NCBI GenBank assembly: GCA_009780515.1
Contig: WQZX01000004.1
Coordinates: 4,696 to 68,695 of the forward strand
DNA from: Nocardioidaceae bacterium
GTDB taxonomy: Bacteria; Actinomycetota; Actinomycetes; Propionibacteriales; Nocardioidaceae
Length of the DNA stretch: 64,000 nt
Direction of reading: 5' to 3'
The notes below the pieces were generated by a model. It saw only the letters and a program-made list of their open reading frames with translations, was not told the origin of the DNA and did not search any database. Below, in pieces: positions 17,360 through 27,438 of this stretch (positions within the stretch are counted from its first letter, which is position 1; each line of letters opens with the position of its first letter). The position numbers and the translations under genes were made by a program.

Positions 17360-17574
17360 CAGACGCTGCCGAGGCGATCGAGCACGTCGCCCCATCGGGC
17401 GCGCGATTCCTGCGATGCCTCGGCGACGCGGCTCCGGTGCCGGTTGCGCGCGTGGAAGTCGAGGATCGCCTTGCGTGCGACCTCCTGCTTGGACAGGCCC
17501 TGCTGGGAAGCGAGCTCCGCGAGAGCAGCGTCGAGCTCGGCATCGGTGCGCAGGGTGAACGCCATGGTGGTCAT
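17359..17574 (-). CDS. Ribbon-helix-helix antitoxin (Phd-equivalent)
   Basis: 71 aa: MTTMAFTLRTDAELDAALAELASQQGLSKQEVARKAILDFH... It is the tail of listed ORF 17359..18111 and lies immediately upstream of doc. Confidence 0.75.
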   Translation of the reverse strand: MTTMAFTLRTDAELDAALAELASQQGLSKQEVARKAILDFHARNRHRSRVAEASQESRARWGDVLDRLGSV

Positions 17575-17676
17575 GCTACCTCCGAGTGGTATCGATCCGA
17601 TACCACCAGTCTGGGCGCCGCCACCGACATCGCAACGGACTTTCCACAGCCTTGCGCGGCGACGGAGGATGGAGGC

Positions 17677-18314
<638 letters not shown>

Positions 18315-18318
<4 letters not shown>

Positions 18319-18596
18319 TCACGTCGGTCATCGCGTGTCTCGGGATCGCCGTATGCGCGTTCAGCTCATTGCTGACCTTCGGAGCAGCCGTCTCGGAGCA
18401 CCGTCGCGGCCAGCCGCGCGGCCTGGTCAGCCGCATCACCCTCGGTGCGCTGCTGCTCTTGGGGACCGCGGTCTGCTTCGTCCTCCTGCTGGTCCGCTCG
18501 GACGAACGCGACGGGCTCTGGGCGACGATCTGCGTGCTGCTCGGCCTGCGCGTTGCTGTCACGTGGATCCGAATCCCGGGCGAGCGACCGGAGTGA
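18315..18596 (+). CDS. Small hydrophobic membrane protein
   Basis: 93 aa with 3 TM segments, in a GTGA overlap with the msrA stop. Confidence 0.5.
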
Positions 18597-18863
18597 CCCT
18601 GGGGATCATCGGGGAGGTCTCGATCGACCTGGTTGATCGAAGCCTTCCCGATCACGCTCGCGGACGACCCGCCCGCGAGCGATTGCCACAGCGACCCGCG
18701 GGGCATCTGATGTCGCACATGCCTGAGGAGTCGTTGGTCGAGCCTGAGCAGCTGCGTGACATGGCACGCGGGTTCGCGCCCGGCCCGGACTCGCCTCCAG
18801 AGACCGACGTCCGTGAACCTCGCGCCGCCTCGCCGAACAACGACGGTGTTGGCGCGCTGCCGG

Positions 18864-19151
18864 TCAGGTGAGGTGGAAGTACACCGTGAGGACACCGGCC
18901 GTGACCGCGAGCTCGAGGGCGAGGCGGATCATCACGAGCACCCCGAGCGCGGTCGCGCCGCCGCCGGGCAGCGGGTTGCGGAGCGCCAAGAGCCGCAGGA
19001 CGCCGTCGCAGAGCAGGAAGGCGCCGACGAGGCCTTCCAGCACGGGATGGCGTGGACTACCCACCAGGGCCATCACGAGGCTCGCAGCGCCCGCCGCCGC
19101 GAGGACCGTGGGCAGCACCAGCCATGTCGGCCGCCGTTCCGACGTACTCAC
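18864..19151 (-). CDS. Small hydrophobic membrane protein
   Basis: This is the tail of listed ORF 18864..19772, starting from GTG 19151, with 3 TM-like segments. There is no SD, and a 23-bp hairpin begins 10 nt upstream, so the call is weak. Confidence 0.4.
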   Translation of the reverse strand: MSTSERRPTWLVLPTVLAAAGAASLVMALVGSPRHPVLEGLVGAFLLCDGVLRLLALRNPLPGGGATALGVLVMIRLALELAVTAGVLTVYFHLT

Positions 19152-19160
19152 GCAGGTGAG

Positions 19161-19209
19161 GCTAGGCGGAGGATCCCCGGCACTGGGTGCCGGGGATCCT
19201 CCGCCTAGC
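19161..19209 (-). terminator. Perfect 23-bp inverted repeat with a 3-nt loop
   Basis: GCTAGGCGGAGGATCCCCGGCAC-tgg-GTGCCGGGGATCCTCCGCCTAGC, located 80 nt downstream of the PPOX-family gene stop. Confidence 0.5.
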
Positions 19210-19288
19210 GGGAGCGCGGGTGGCCGCTCGACGCGACAGCGGACGCTCCAGGTCGCTCCGACCTGCGTCCCGGCCCGCGGGCCCGCGC

Positions 19289-19672
19289 TCAGCCGTCCGT
19301 GGACCCCACGGGGGCGCAGTCGTGGCCGCAGCCGCCCGGGGGCCGCGAGCCGGTGGCGTGGGAGGCGGGGCGGTGGAGGACGGCGGTCTGCGGCGTGACG
19401 ACCACGTCGTCGCCGTCGACGACGCCGGTGCCGTCGACGAGAAGGGTGTAGCCGTGGTGGTCGGGCGGCGGGAAGACCAGCGTGAGAGCGGGGTTGTCGG
19501 CGAGGTTGCGCGTCGTACCGCCGCCGGGCGAGGCGATCCGCAGGACAGCGTCCTCGAGGACCGGGTCCACGGTGACGACCTTGACCTGTGGCGAGGCGGT
19601 TGTGAGGAGGTAGCCGCTGCCGCGGGCGGCCAGCTCGGGGCCGAGGTCGGCGACGTCCACCTTGATGCTCAC
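19289..19672 (-). CDS. Pyridoxamine 5'-phosphate oxidase family (split-barrel) protein
   Basis: 127 aa starting from GTG 19672, preceded by GGAGG. It is the tail of listed ORF 19289..20167. Confidence 0.6.
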   Translation of the reverse strand: MSIKVDVADLGPELAARGSGYLLTTASPQVKVVTVDPVLEDAVLRIASPGGGTTRNLADNPALTLVFPPPDHHGYTLLVDGTGVVDGDDVVVTPQTAVLHRPASHATGSRPPGGCGHDCAPVGSTDG

Positions 19673-19771
19673 GCCTCCACGGTAGACCGCACAGAGCTGT
19701 CGAACCGCGCTTCCACCGATCGTGGTGAGGGTGGAGGGTGGTCGTGGGCACCGCCCGAAGGAGGAGGAGCA

Positions 19772-20128
19772 ATGGCCGAGTACCTCATCTACTTCAACCA
19801 GCAGTGGGTGGGCGAGCACACCGAGGAGTGGTTCCGCGGCCGCGTGCCGCTCGCCCTGGCCGTCATCGACGACATGCGGGCCGCGGGCGCCTTCGTCTTC
19901 GGCGGCGGCCTCGAGGAGCAGGCGCCGGTCTACGCTGCCGATGCGACCAGCGGCTCCGTCGTGATCACCGACGGCCCGTTCGTCGAGACCAAGGAGGTCC
20001 TCGGCGGCTTCGTCGTGGTGGACGTGCCCGACGACGAGACGGCCAAGCGGTGGGCCGGAGCCGTCGCCGAGGCGTGCGGCTGGCCCCAGGAGGTACGACG
20101 CATCCAGCCGCCGCCCGACCCGGCCTGA
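19772..20128 (+). CDS. YciI-like (YCII-related) protein
   Basis: The ATG follows GGAGGAGGAG. The DGPFVETKEVLGGF motif is present. Confidence 0.8.
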   Translation: MAEYLIYFNQQWVGEHTEEWFRGRVPLALAVIDDMRAAGAFVFGGGLEEQAPVYAADATSGSVVITDGPFVETKEVLGGFVVVDVPDDETAKRWAGAVAEACGWPQEVRRIQPPPDPA

Positions 20129-20141
20129 TCGCCGGGGGCAG

Positions 20142-20906
20142 TCACCACAGGCCCGCCACGCCGCCACCGATACGTACGACGAAGGCGCCGACCACCACGA
20201 CGAAGAAGATCCGGACGAAGCGGGTGCCGCGCGAGACGGCGGTGCGGGCGCCGACGTACCCGCCGATCAGGTTGCCGGCGCCCATCACCAGGCCGGTCCG
20301 CCACACCACGTCGCCGGCGGGGACGAACAGCAGCAGCGCGCCGACGTTCGTGGCCCAGTTGGCCAGCCGCGCCTTGGCCGACGCCTCCAGGAAGTCGTAG
20401 CCGAGCAGGCCGACCAGGGCGATGACGAAGAAGCTGCCGGTGCCGGGACCGAGGGCGCCGTCGTACACACCGATGACGAGGCCGACGCCCATGGCTGCGG
20501 CGAGGTGGCGGTGGCCGGAGAAGCGCAGGGCGGTGGCGACGCCGAGGTCCGGCTTGAGGAGGACGTACCCGCCGACGGCGAGCAGCACGACCAGCACGAT
20601 CGGCTGGAAGGCGTCGGCCGGGATGTGCGAGGCGATGACCGCGCCGACCACCGCACCGGCCAGGGCGCAGGCCATCATCGGCCCGAAGGTGCGGGGATCC
20701 GGGCGCACCCGGCGGTAGTACGTCGCCGACGCGACCGAGGTGCCGCACACCGAGGCGAGCTTGTTCGTGGCCAGCACGTGCACCGGCGCCATGCCGGGCA
20801 TCCCGAGCAGGAGCGCGGGCAGCTGGACCAGCCCTCCCCCGCCGACGACCGCGTCGACGAAGCCCGCGGACAGCGCCGCGAGGCCGAGCAGCGCGAGGGT
20901 GGTCAC
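20142..20906 (-). CDS. TauE/SafE family sulfite exporter-like membrane protein
   Basis: GFVDAVVGGGGLVQLPALL..., repeated in the C-terminal half. The GTG at 20906 forms a GTGA overlap with the upstream zinc-ribbon gene. Confidence 0.8.
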   Translation of the reverse strand: MTTLALLGLAALSAGFVDAVVGGGGLVQLPALLLGMPGMAPVHVLATNKLASVCGTSVASATYYRRVRPDPRTFGPMMACALAGAVVGAVIASHIPADAFQPIVLVVLLAVGGYVLLKPDLGVATALRFSGHRHLAAAMGVGLVIGVYDGALGPGTGSFFVIALVGLLGYDFLEASAKARLANWATNVGALLLFVPAGDVVWRTGLVMGAGNLIGGYVGARTAVSRGTRFVRIFFVVVVGAFVVRIGGGVAGLW

Positions 20907-21220
20907 GCAGGAGGCTGGAGCGGCCCGGGCGTCGGCGGCGCCGGCGGGGCGGCCGGGGTCGCCGGAGCGGTGGGTGCCTGGCCCGAGGCGTGGGCGACCA
21001 TGCTCTCGGCGTCGTCCTTCGTCACCGCCGTCCGCACCCCGCAGAAGGTGCAGTCCATGACGTGCTTCCGGCTCACCGGGAACAGCGGGATGAAGAAGAG
21101 CGTGAACTTCCGGGTGATCCGGTAGAGCCGATGGGCCGCGGGGTTCTGGCAGCTCCGGCACACCATCGTGAAGGTCGCCAGCACGGCGACGTACGACTTG
21201 AAGCCCCAGATCAGGATCAT
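20903..21220 (-). CDS. Zinc-ribbon membrane protein
   Basis: CRSC...CTFC cysteine pairs, with hydrophobic segments and a Pro/Ala tail. Confidence 0.65.
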   Translation of the reverse strand: MILIWGFKSYVAVLATFTMVCRSCQNPAAHRLYRITRKFTLFFIPLFPVSRKHVMDCTFCGVRTAVTKDDAESMVAHASGQAPTAPATPAAPPAPPTPGPLQPPA

Positions 21221-21273
21221 GCGCGCAGCCTATTCCTTCCCGCCGCCGGGGTGCGGCCCGTAAGAATGGGGGC

Positions 21274-22617
21274 ATGGCCGATCTCCCTCGCAAGGCCGCA
21301 GCACGTACGGCGCGCCTCGCCGCCCTGCCGCTCGCGCACGCCGGGCGCACCGCGATCGGCTTCGGCAAGCGCATCGGGGGCGCGCCCGCCGAGGCCGTGA
21401 TGAGCGAGATCCAGCAGCGCACCGCCGAGCAGCTGTTCCGCACGCTCGGCGAGCTCAAGGGCGGGGCGATGAAGTTCGGCCAGGCCCTGTCGGTGCTCGA
21501 GTCGGCGCTCCCGGAGGAGATGGCGGCGCCGTACCGCGAGCAGCTGACGCGCCTGCAGGACTCCGCGCCGCCCATGCCCACCCAGACCGTGCGCGACATC
21601 CTGGCAGAGGACCTCGGCGAGGACTGGAAGCAGCGGCTGACGTGGCTCGACGGCGCACCCACCGCCGCCGCCAGCATCGGCCAGGTCCACGAGGGCACCT
21701 GGTACGACGGACGCCGCGTGGCCGTGAAGGTGCAGTACCCCAACGCCGGCGAGGCCCTGCTCTCCGACCTCCGCACGCTTGCCCGCGCGGCCCGCGCGAT
21801 CGGTCCGCTCATCCCCGGGGTCGACATGAAGCCGCTGGTCGAGGAGGTGCAGGCCCGCGCCCGCGAGGAGCTCGACTACGAGCTCGAGGCGGAGGCGCAG
21901 CGGGTGTTCGCCGCGGCGTTCACCGACGACCCGGACATCGTGGTGCCCGGCGTGGTGGCCGTCGGCCCGCGCGTGCTGATCACCGAGTGGATGGACTCCG
22001 CCGGCTCGCTGGCCTCGATCATCGCCGGCGGGACGCCCGAGGAGCGCGACCACTACGGCCAGATCTTCACCCGCTTCCTCTTCTCCGGACCGGCCCGCAC
22101 CGGCCTGCTGCACGCCGACCCGCATCCCGGCAACTTCCGCGTGATCCCGCGCGAGGACGGCAGCCCCGGCCGGATCGGCGTGCTCGACTACGGCGCCGTC
22201 GCGCGGCTCCCCCAGCGCGGGCTGCCCGCTCCGCTGGGCCGGCTGATCTCGCTCTGCGCGGCCGGTGACGGCGACGCGCTGATCGCCGGGCTGCGCGAGG
22301 AGGGCTTCCTCAAGGAGCGCATCCGGATCGAGCCGCACCTGATGATGGCCTACCTCGCGCCGTTCGTGGACCCGACGCTGGTCGAGAGGTTCCGGTTCAG
22401 CCGCGAGTGGATGCGCGAGCAGTTCCAGCGGCTCAACAACCCCAAGGATCCGGCGTACACGGTCACGATCAAGCTCAACCTGCCCCCGTCGTACATGCTG
22501 ATCCACCGCACCTGGCTCGGCGGCGTGGGCGTGCTGAGCCAGCTCGAGGCCGAGGCGCCGTTCCGCGCCTACATGCAGGAGTTCCTGCCGGGCTTCCAGC
22601 CGCCGCCGCTGTCATGA
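21274..22617 (+). CDS. ABC1/UbiB-family atypical kinase
   Basis: Contains LGELKGGAMKFGQ, AAASIGQVH, VAVKVQYP and HADPHPGN. Confidence 0.9.
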   Translation: MADLPRKAAARTARLAALPLAHAGRTAIGFGKRIGGAPAEAVMSEIQQRTAEQLFRTLGELKGGAMKFGQALSVLESALPEEMAAPYREQLTRLQDSAPPMPTQTVRDILAEDLGEDWKQRLTWLDGAPTAAASIGQVHEGTWYDGRRVAVKVQYPNAGEALLSDLRTLARAARAIGPLIPGVDMKPLVEEVQARAREELDYELEAEAQRVFAAAFTDDPDIVVPGVVAVGPRVLITEWMDSAGSLASIIAGGTPEERDHYGQIFTRFLFSGPARTGLLHADPHPGNFRVIPREDGSPGRIGVLDYGAVARLPQRGLPAPLGRLISLCAAGDGDALIAGLREEGFLKERIRIEPHLMMAYLAPFVDPTLVERFRFSREWMREQFQRLNNPKDPAYTVTIKLNLPPSYMLIHRTWLGGVGVLSQLEAEAPFRAYMQEFLPGFQPPPLS

Positions 22618-23306
22618 CGTTCGTCCCGCAGGGCTCCAGCTGGTCGCGACCACTGGTCCGCGCGATCGAGGACTTCGCCGGCATCCTCACCACCGGCGAC
22701 CTGACCGCGCCCGTGCCGAGCTGCCCCGGTTGGACGCTCGCCGACCTCGGCAACCACCTGCGCGGCGTACATCTCTGGGCGGCCCACGCGGTCGCGGAGG
22801 GCAACCCCCAGGGCACCTCCGAGCCGGTCACGACCGAGCAGCTCGCCGACGCCTACCTCGACGCCGGCCGCCACCTCCTCGACGTCATGGAGGCCGCCGG
22901 GGCCGACCTCCCCTGCTGGACGTTCGGGGCTGACAGGACGGTCGCGTTCTGGTGGCGCCGCCAGACCCACGAGGTCACGCTGCACCTGTACGACGCACTG
23001 CTGTCCCAGGGGCGCCAGGCCGCCTGGTCGATCGACCCCCGCCTCGCCTGGGACGGCGTCGACGAGGTGGCGACGATGTTCTACCCGCGGCAGGTCCGCG
23101 CCGGGCGGGTCCAGCCTCTTGCGGGCACGCTGCGGCTGCGGTCGACGGACGCGGACGGCAGCGCCCCGGTCGTCACGATCGGGGCGGCCGAGCCCGTCGT
23201 CGAGCTGACCGGCACCGCGGCCGAGCTGCTCCTCACGCTCTGGAAGCGCCGTCCGGCCGCCGATCCCGCCGCTGCCGCCCTGCTCGGCTCCGCGATCACA
23301 CCCTGA
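22614..23306 (+). CDS. Maleylpyruvate-isomerase-family mycothiol-dependent (DinB-like) protein
   Basis: ATGA overlap with the upstream gene. Contains VPSCPGWTLADLGNHL and RRQTHEVTLH. Confidence 0.75.
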   Translation: MTFVPQGSSWSRPLVRAIEDFAGILTTGDLTAPVPSCPGWTLADLGNHLRGVHLWAAHAVAEGNPQGTSEPVTTEQLADAYLDAGRHLLDVMEAAGADLPCWTFGADRTVAFWWRRQTHEVTLHLYDALLSQGRQAAWSIDPRLAWDGVDEVATMFYPRQVRAGRVQPLAGTLRLRSTDADGSAPVVTIGAAEPVVELTGTAAELLLTLWKRRPAADPAAAALLGSAITP

Positions 23307-23338
23307 CGCTCGGTTGCCTGCCGGCAAGCAAGCGCCGG

Positions 23339-23944
23339 TCAGGACCTCAGTCGGCGTACCTCCAGCACGCGGAAGCCCTTGGCGGACGCGAGGCGAGTGG
23401 TGGGCCAGCCCCGGTCGTCGAGCCAGCGCTGGAGCGAGTCGGCCCCGAGGTTCTTGCCGACCACCATCACCGCGCGGCCGTCCGGATCGAGGCGCGGGAG
23501 CCAGGTGAGCAGGAGGTCGTGGAGGGCGTCCTTGCCGATCCGGATCGGCGGGTTCGACCAGATCTCGTCGAAGACGGCGTCGGCCGCCACCTCGCCCGGC
23601 TCGTACGCCGAGAAGCGGTCGGCCACCCCGAGCGACTCGGCGTTCTCGCGCGCCAGCAGCAGCGCGCGGCGGTTGACGTCGACGGCGGTGATCGAGGCGG
23701 ACGGCGCGGCGACGGCGCAGGCGAGGCCGATGACGCCGTACCCGCAGCCCAGGTCGAGGATCCTCCCGCCCGTGGGCGGGTCCGTCTCGCGGAACAGCAC
23801 CGAGGTCCCGATGTCGAGCCGACCGGACGCGAAGACGCCGGAGCCGCTGACCAGCGACAGCTCGTGGCCCCACACGCTCGCGGTGACGGGCATCTGTTGG
23901 AAGGGCGCCGACGGGTCGGCGGAGAAGTAGTGCTCGTCGCTCAT
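23339..23944 (-). CDS. Class I SAM-dependent methyltransferase (RsmC/RsmD-like small domain)
   Basis: Contains ILDLGCGYG and NPPIRIG. ATGA overlap with the truA stop. Confidence 0.8.
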   Translation of the reverse strand: MSDEHYFSADPSAPFQQMPVTASVWGHELSLVSGSGVFASGRLDIGTSVLFRETDPPTGGRILDLGCGYGVIGLACAVAAPSASITAVDVNRRALLLARENAESLGVADRFSAYEPGEVAADAVFDEIWSNPPIRIGKDALHDLLLTWLPRLDPDGRAVMVVGKNLGADSLQRWLDDRGWPTTRLASAKGFRVLEVRRLRS

Positions 23945-24765
23945 CCGTCGACCTCCTCGGCCCGACGTCGCGCGGACGTCTGCTCCACCCGCTCCGCCAG
24001 CGAGGCGTCGTCGGGGTAGCCGACCTCCTCCAGTGTCAGCCCGTGCGCATGCATCACCACGACACCGGGGTCGCGCCGCCGACCGGCCAGGATGTCGGCG
24101 GCCCACTCGGCGTCCTTGCGGCCCTCACCGACAGCGACCAGGCAGCCGACCAGCGCGCGCACCATCGAGTGGCAGAACGCATCGGCCCGGACGTGCCCGA
24201 CCAGCACCCCGCTCGTCGCGCGCGTCCAGGAGAGCTCCTGCAGCGTCCGGATCGTCGTCGCTCCCTCGCGCTGCTTGCAGAAGGCCGCGAAGTCGTGCAG
24301 CCCGACGAGGCGGGCGGCGGCCGCGTTCATGGCGTCGACGTCGAGCGGACGCGGCCACGCGACGACGTACGCCCGGTCCAGCGGGTCGACCGCCTCCGCC
24401 GTGTCCGCGATCCGATAGGCGTAGCGCCGCCACAGCGCCGCGAACCGGGCGTCGAAGCCCTCCGACGCCGGGGCGAGCCGGTGGATGCGCAGGTCTCCGG
24501 GAAGTACGCCGTTGAGCCGGCGCGCCAGGCGACCGACCACCTCGGCGGGGACCTCCGGCGGCAGGTCGCAGTGCGCCACCTGGCCGCGCGCGTGGACCCC
24601 GGAGTCGGTGCGGCCCGCGCAGGTCACCCGCAGGGTGTCGTCGGGCAGGCGCAGCACGGTGTGCAGCGCCGCGGTCAGCTCGCCCTGGACGGTACGCAGC
24701 AGCGGTTGCGTGGCCCAGCCCTTGAAGTCGGTGCCGTCGTACGCGAGATCGATGCGGACCCGCAC
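23941..24765 (-). CDS. truA: tRNA pseudouridine(38-40) synthase
   Basis: Contains RIDLAYDGTDFKGWA and GRTDSGVHA. The GTG start is at 24765. Confidence 0.9.
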   Translation of the reverse strand: MRVRIDLAYDGTDFKGWATQPLLRTVQGELTAALHTVLRLPDDTLRVTCAGRTDSGVHARGQVAHCDLPPEVPAEVVGRLARRLNGVLPGDLRIHRLAPASEGFDARFAALWRRYAYRIADTAEAVDPLDRAYVVAWPRPLDVDAMNAAAARLVGLHDFAAFCKQREGATTIRTLQELSWTRATSGVLVGHVRADAFCHSMVRALVGCLVAVGEGRKDAEWAADILAGRRRDPGVVVMHAHGLTLEEVGYPDDASLAERVEQTSARRRAEEVDG

Positions 24766-24767
24766 GC

Positions 24768-25133
24768 CTACCGCTCCCAGCCCGCGGGACGATGTTTCTT
24801 GGGCAGGCCCTCGACGACGAGCCGGTACGACTGGTCGACCGCCTCCTGGAGCTCGCCGTCGGGGATGGCGCCGCCGAAGGCGAGGTCGTTCCACCCGTTG
24901 CGGCCGATGTAGGCCATCACCGAGGCGTCGTCGGGGTAGCGCGAGAGCCACTCGTCGGCCTCCTCACGGCCCCGTCCGCACTTGACCCCGACGCCGTTCG
25001 CGCCGAGGAAGGCGAAGATCTTGCCGCGCTCCCCCTCACCGACCTTGATCACCGGGTGCTCGTGCTCCCACGGGTCGTCCGGCCACGCACCCGGCAGAGC
25101 CAGGCAGTGCTCCTGCATCCGCGCGACATCCAC
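24768..25133 (-). CDS. MmcQ/YjbR family DNA-binding protein
   Basis: 121 aa with [22 protein letters not shown] and KIFAFLG. Confidence 0.75.
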   Translation of the reverse strand: MDVARMQEHCLALPGAWPDDPWEHEHPVIKVGEGERGKIFAFLGANGVGVKCGRGREEADEWLSRYPDDASVMAYIGRNGWNDLAFGGAIPDGELQEAVDQSYRLVVEGLPKKHRPAGWER

Positions 25134-25195
25134 GACGCGCAGCCTACGGGCCCAGCGGTCCGGGGGTGGTGCCCTCTAGTGTCAGGGCCGTGACC

Positions 25196-26434
25196 ATGGA
25201 GACCTCGGCGGAGCAGCCGGCGCCGGTGCGGCAGGTCGCGAACGCGATCTCCGGCTGGATCGACCGGCTCGGGGTCGTGTGGGTCGAGGGCCAGGTCGCG
25301 CAGGTGAGCCGTCGGCCGGGGCTGCAGACGGTGTTCATGACACTGCGCGACTCGATCGCCGACATCTCCGTCCCGGTGACCTGCTCGCGGGTGCTCTTCG
25401 ACGGCCTGGACACCCCGGTCACCGAGGGTGCCAGCGTGGTGATCCAGGCGAAGCCGTCGTACTACGCCAACCGCGGCAGCCTCTCGCTGCAGGCCCGCTC
25501 CATCCGGATGGTCGGTCTCGGCGAGCTGCTGGCGCGGCTGGAGCGACGCCGTCAGCTGCTGGCGGCCGAAGGCCTGTTCGCGCAGGAGCGCAAGCGGGCG
25601 CTGCCGTTCCTGCCGCAGCGCATCGGCCTGATAACCGCCGCCAGCTCGGCCGCCGAGCGCGATGTCCTCGAGAACGCCGCGCGGCGCTGGCCCGGCGTGG
25701 TCTTCGAGATCGCCTACGCCTCGATGCAGGGCTCGCGCGCAGCCGCCGAGGTCATCGAGGCGCTCGGCCGGCTGGACGCCCACCCCGACGTCGACGTCGT
25801 CGTCATCGCACGCGGCGGCGGCTCGGTCGAGGACCTCCTGCCCTTCTCCGACGAGGGCCTCGTGCGCGCGGTTTTCGCCGCGCGCACGCCTGTCGTGTCC
25901 GCGATCGGCCACGAGCCGGACAGCCCGCTGCTCGACCTGGTCGCCGACGTACGTGCCTCGACGCCGACCGATGCCGCCAAGCTGATCGTCCCCGACGTCG
26001 GTCACGAGTCGCTCGGGCTGGCCCAGGCCCGCGAGCGCCTGCGCCGCTGCCTGTCGGCCACGCTCGACCGGGAGCAGGCGCGCATCGACGCGATCCGGTC
26101 GCGCCCGGCCATGGCCGACCCGCGCAACCTGCTGGTCAGCCGGGTCGAGGAGCTCGACGGCTGTCGCGACCGGATGCGTCGCACCCTCGGCCACCGGCTC
26201 GACCGGGCGGCCGACGAGATCGGCCACCAGCGTGCCCGTGCTCGGGCGCTGTCGCCGCTGGCCACGCTGCAGCGCGGGTACGCCGTCCTGCAGGACGCCG
26301 ACGGTCGCGTCGTCACCAGCGTCGCGGGCGCGGTCGAGGGCGCGGCGATGACCGTGCGCGTCGCCGACGGCCGCATCCACGTCACCACCACCGGCACCGA
26401 AGAGATGGACGGGGAGATCGATGAGCAAGGCTGA
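25196..26434 (+). CDS. xseA: Exodeoxyribonuclease VII large subunit
   Basis: OB-fold N-terminus ([11 protein letters not shown]) followed by [15 protein letters not shown]. The ATG at 25196 is preferred over GTG 25166. Confidence 0.9.
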   Translation: METSAEQPAPVRQVANAISGWIDRLGVVWVEGQVAQVSRRPGLQTVFMTLRDSIADISVPVTCSRVLFDGLDTPVTEGASVVIQAKPSYYANRGSLSLQARSIRMVGLGELLARLERRRQLLAAEGLFAQERKRALPFLPQRIGLITAASSAAERDVLENAARRWPGVVFEIAYASMQGSRAAAEVIEALGRLDAHPDVDVVVIARGGGSVEDLLPFSDEGLVRAVFAARTPVVSAIGHEPDSPLLDLVADVRASTPTDAAKLIVPDVGHESLGLAQARERLRRCLSATLDREQARIDAIRSRPAMADPRNLLVSRVEELDGCRDRMRRTLGHRLDRAADEIGHQRARARALSPLATLQRGYAVLQDADGRVVTSVAGAVEGAAMTVRVADGRIHVTTTGTEEMDGEIDEQG

Positions 26435-26645
26435 CAAGGACGAGCGGCCGTCGTACGAGGACGCGCGGGCCGAGCTCGTCGAGGTGGTGCAGCAGCTCGA
26501 GGCCGGCGGCACCACTTTGGAGGAGTCGCTGGCGCTCTGGGAGCGCGGCGAGAAGCTGGCGACGATCTGCCAGGACTGGCTGGACGGCGCCCGCGCCAAG
26601 CTCGACGCTGTCCTCGCCGACGGCGAGGACAGCCCGGACCAGTAG
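26421..26645 (+). CDS. xseB: Exodeoxyribonuclease VII small subunit
   Basis: 74 aa with [36 protein letters not shown]. It overlaps the end of xseA. Confidence 0.9.
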   Translation: MSKADKDERPSYEDARAELVEVVQQLEAGGTTLEESLALWERGEKLATICQDWLDGARAKLDAVLADGEDSPDQ

Positions 26646-26648
26646 GGC

Positions 26649-27296
26649 CTACCTGCCCGACTTGCTGCCGTGGCCCGGCGTCCTGGCCGCCTTGGCAGCC
26701 TTGGTCGGCGTGGCGCGGTGGGGCTGCGGCAGCTGCTTGAAGGTCAGCGCGTCGACGACCTGCTGAAGATCGCCGACCGGCGCCGAGCCGAACACGAGCA
26801 CCTTGTCCTTGCCGATCGTCGCGGCGTAGCCGGTGTCGCCGCGGTCGTCGCGGTAGCCGGCCCACCGCGGCGCGAGGGGGTGATCCACACCCGTCGGCAC
26901 GTACGCCGGAGCGGAGGTCGCGCTCTTGTCGACGTTGTCGTCGACCAGCTCGGAGACGGTGGCCTTGCGGGCGGTCCGGATGCCGATGAAGTCCTTCTGC
27001 CCTCGGAGCAGGTCGACCACGAATCCGTCGTAGTCATCGGGGACCTGCGCCTGGGTGGCGAAGTAGCCGACGGGGAGCCGCGTCGGGTAGGCCGGCTGGA
27101 TGTGGCCCTCCTGCGCGGCCAGCACGGCCGCCATGTAGTTCACGTGCGCGGGCTTGATGTCCGTCTTGCGCTGGAACAGGCCCATGAACCCCATGACCCC
27201 CACGACCACCGCGACGGTGACCACCAGCGCCACGATCAGGCCGAACGGCGACCGCTGGTACCTACCGGCTCCGCCGGCCTGTTGCGTCGTACTCAT
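26649..27296 (-). CDS. DUF4245 domain protein
   Basis: Occupies the conserved slot between xseB and glpX in actinobacteria and has a single N-terminal TM helix. The ATG is at 27296. Confidence 0.7.
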   Translation of the reverse strand: MSTTQQAGGAGRYQRSPFGLIVALVVTVAVVVGVMGFMGLFQRKTDIKPAHVNYMAAVLAAQEGHIQPAYPTRLPVGYFATQAQVPDDYDGFVVDLLRGQKDFIGIRTARKATVSELVDDNVDKSATSAPAYVPTGVDHPLAPRWAGYRDDRGDTGYAATIGKDKVLVFGSAPVGDLQQVVDALTFKQLPQPHRATPTKAAKAARTPGHGSKSGR

Positions 27297-27438
27297 CGCC
27301 GGACATTCTCCCCCGGGGCGGAAATCTCCCGCGCACCGCCCAGGACCGACGCCGCACATGCGGCAGCGATCGGCGTTTCACATCGGGTTTGCCGGTCCGG
27401 TATGGCTATTTCGGTCGCACATGCGTCACAGTTGCCTC

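Noticed and set aside
18709-18871. Small acidic ORF (MSHMPEESLVEPEQLRDMARGF..., 53 aa) in the 268-nt gap after 18596
   Set aside because: It is short, has no SD, uses more T-ending codons than neighbouring genes, and matches no recognisable family. It is not reported as a feature.
19161-19209. The 23-bp perfect palindrome as the terminal inverted repeats of a MITE or IS remnant
   Set aside because: The two arms are separated by only 3 nt, so there is no internal element. I saw no flanking target-site duplication and no other copy in the window. It is kept only as a hairpin/terminator candidate.
27297-27438. Molybdenum-cofactor riboswitch upstream of the mod operon
   Set aside because: I saw no Moco-RNA-like conserved blocks. 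The operon instead begins with a MerR/TOBE molybdate-sensing regulator, which is enough to explain its regulation.
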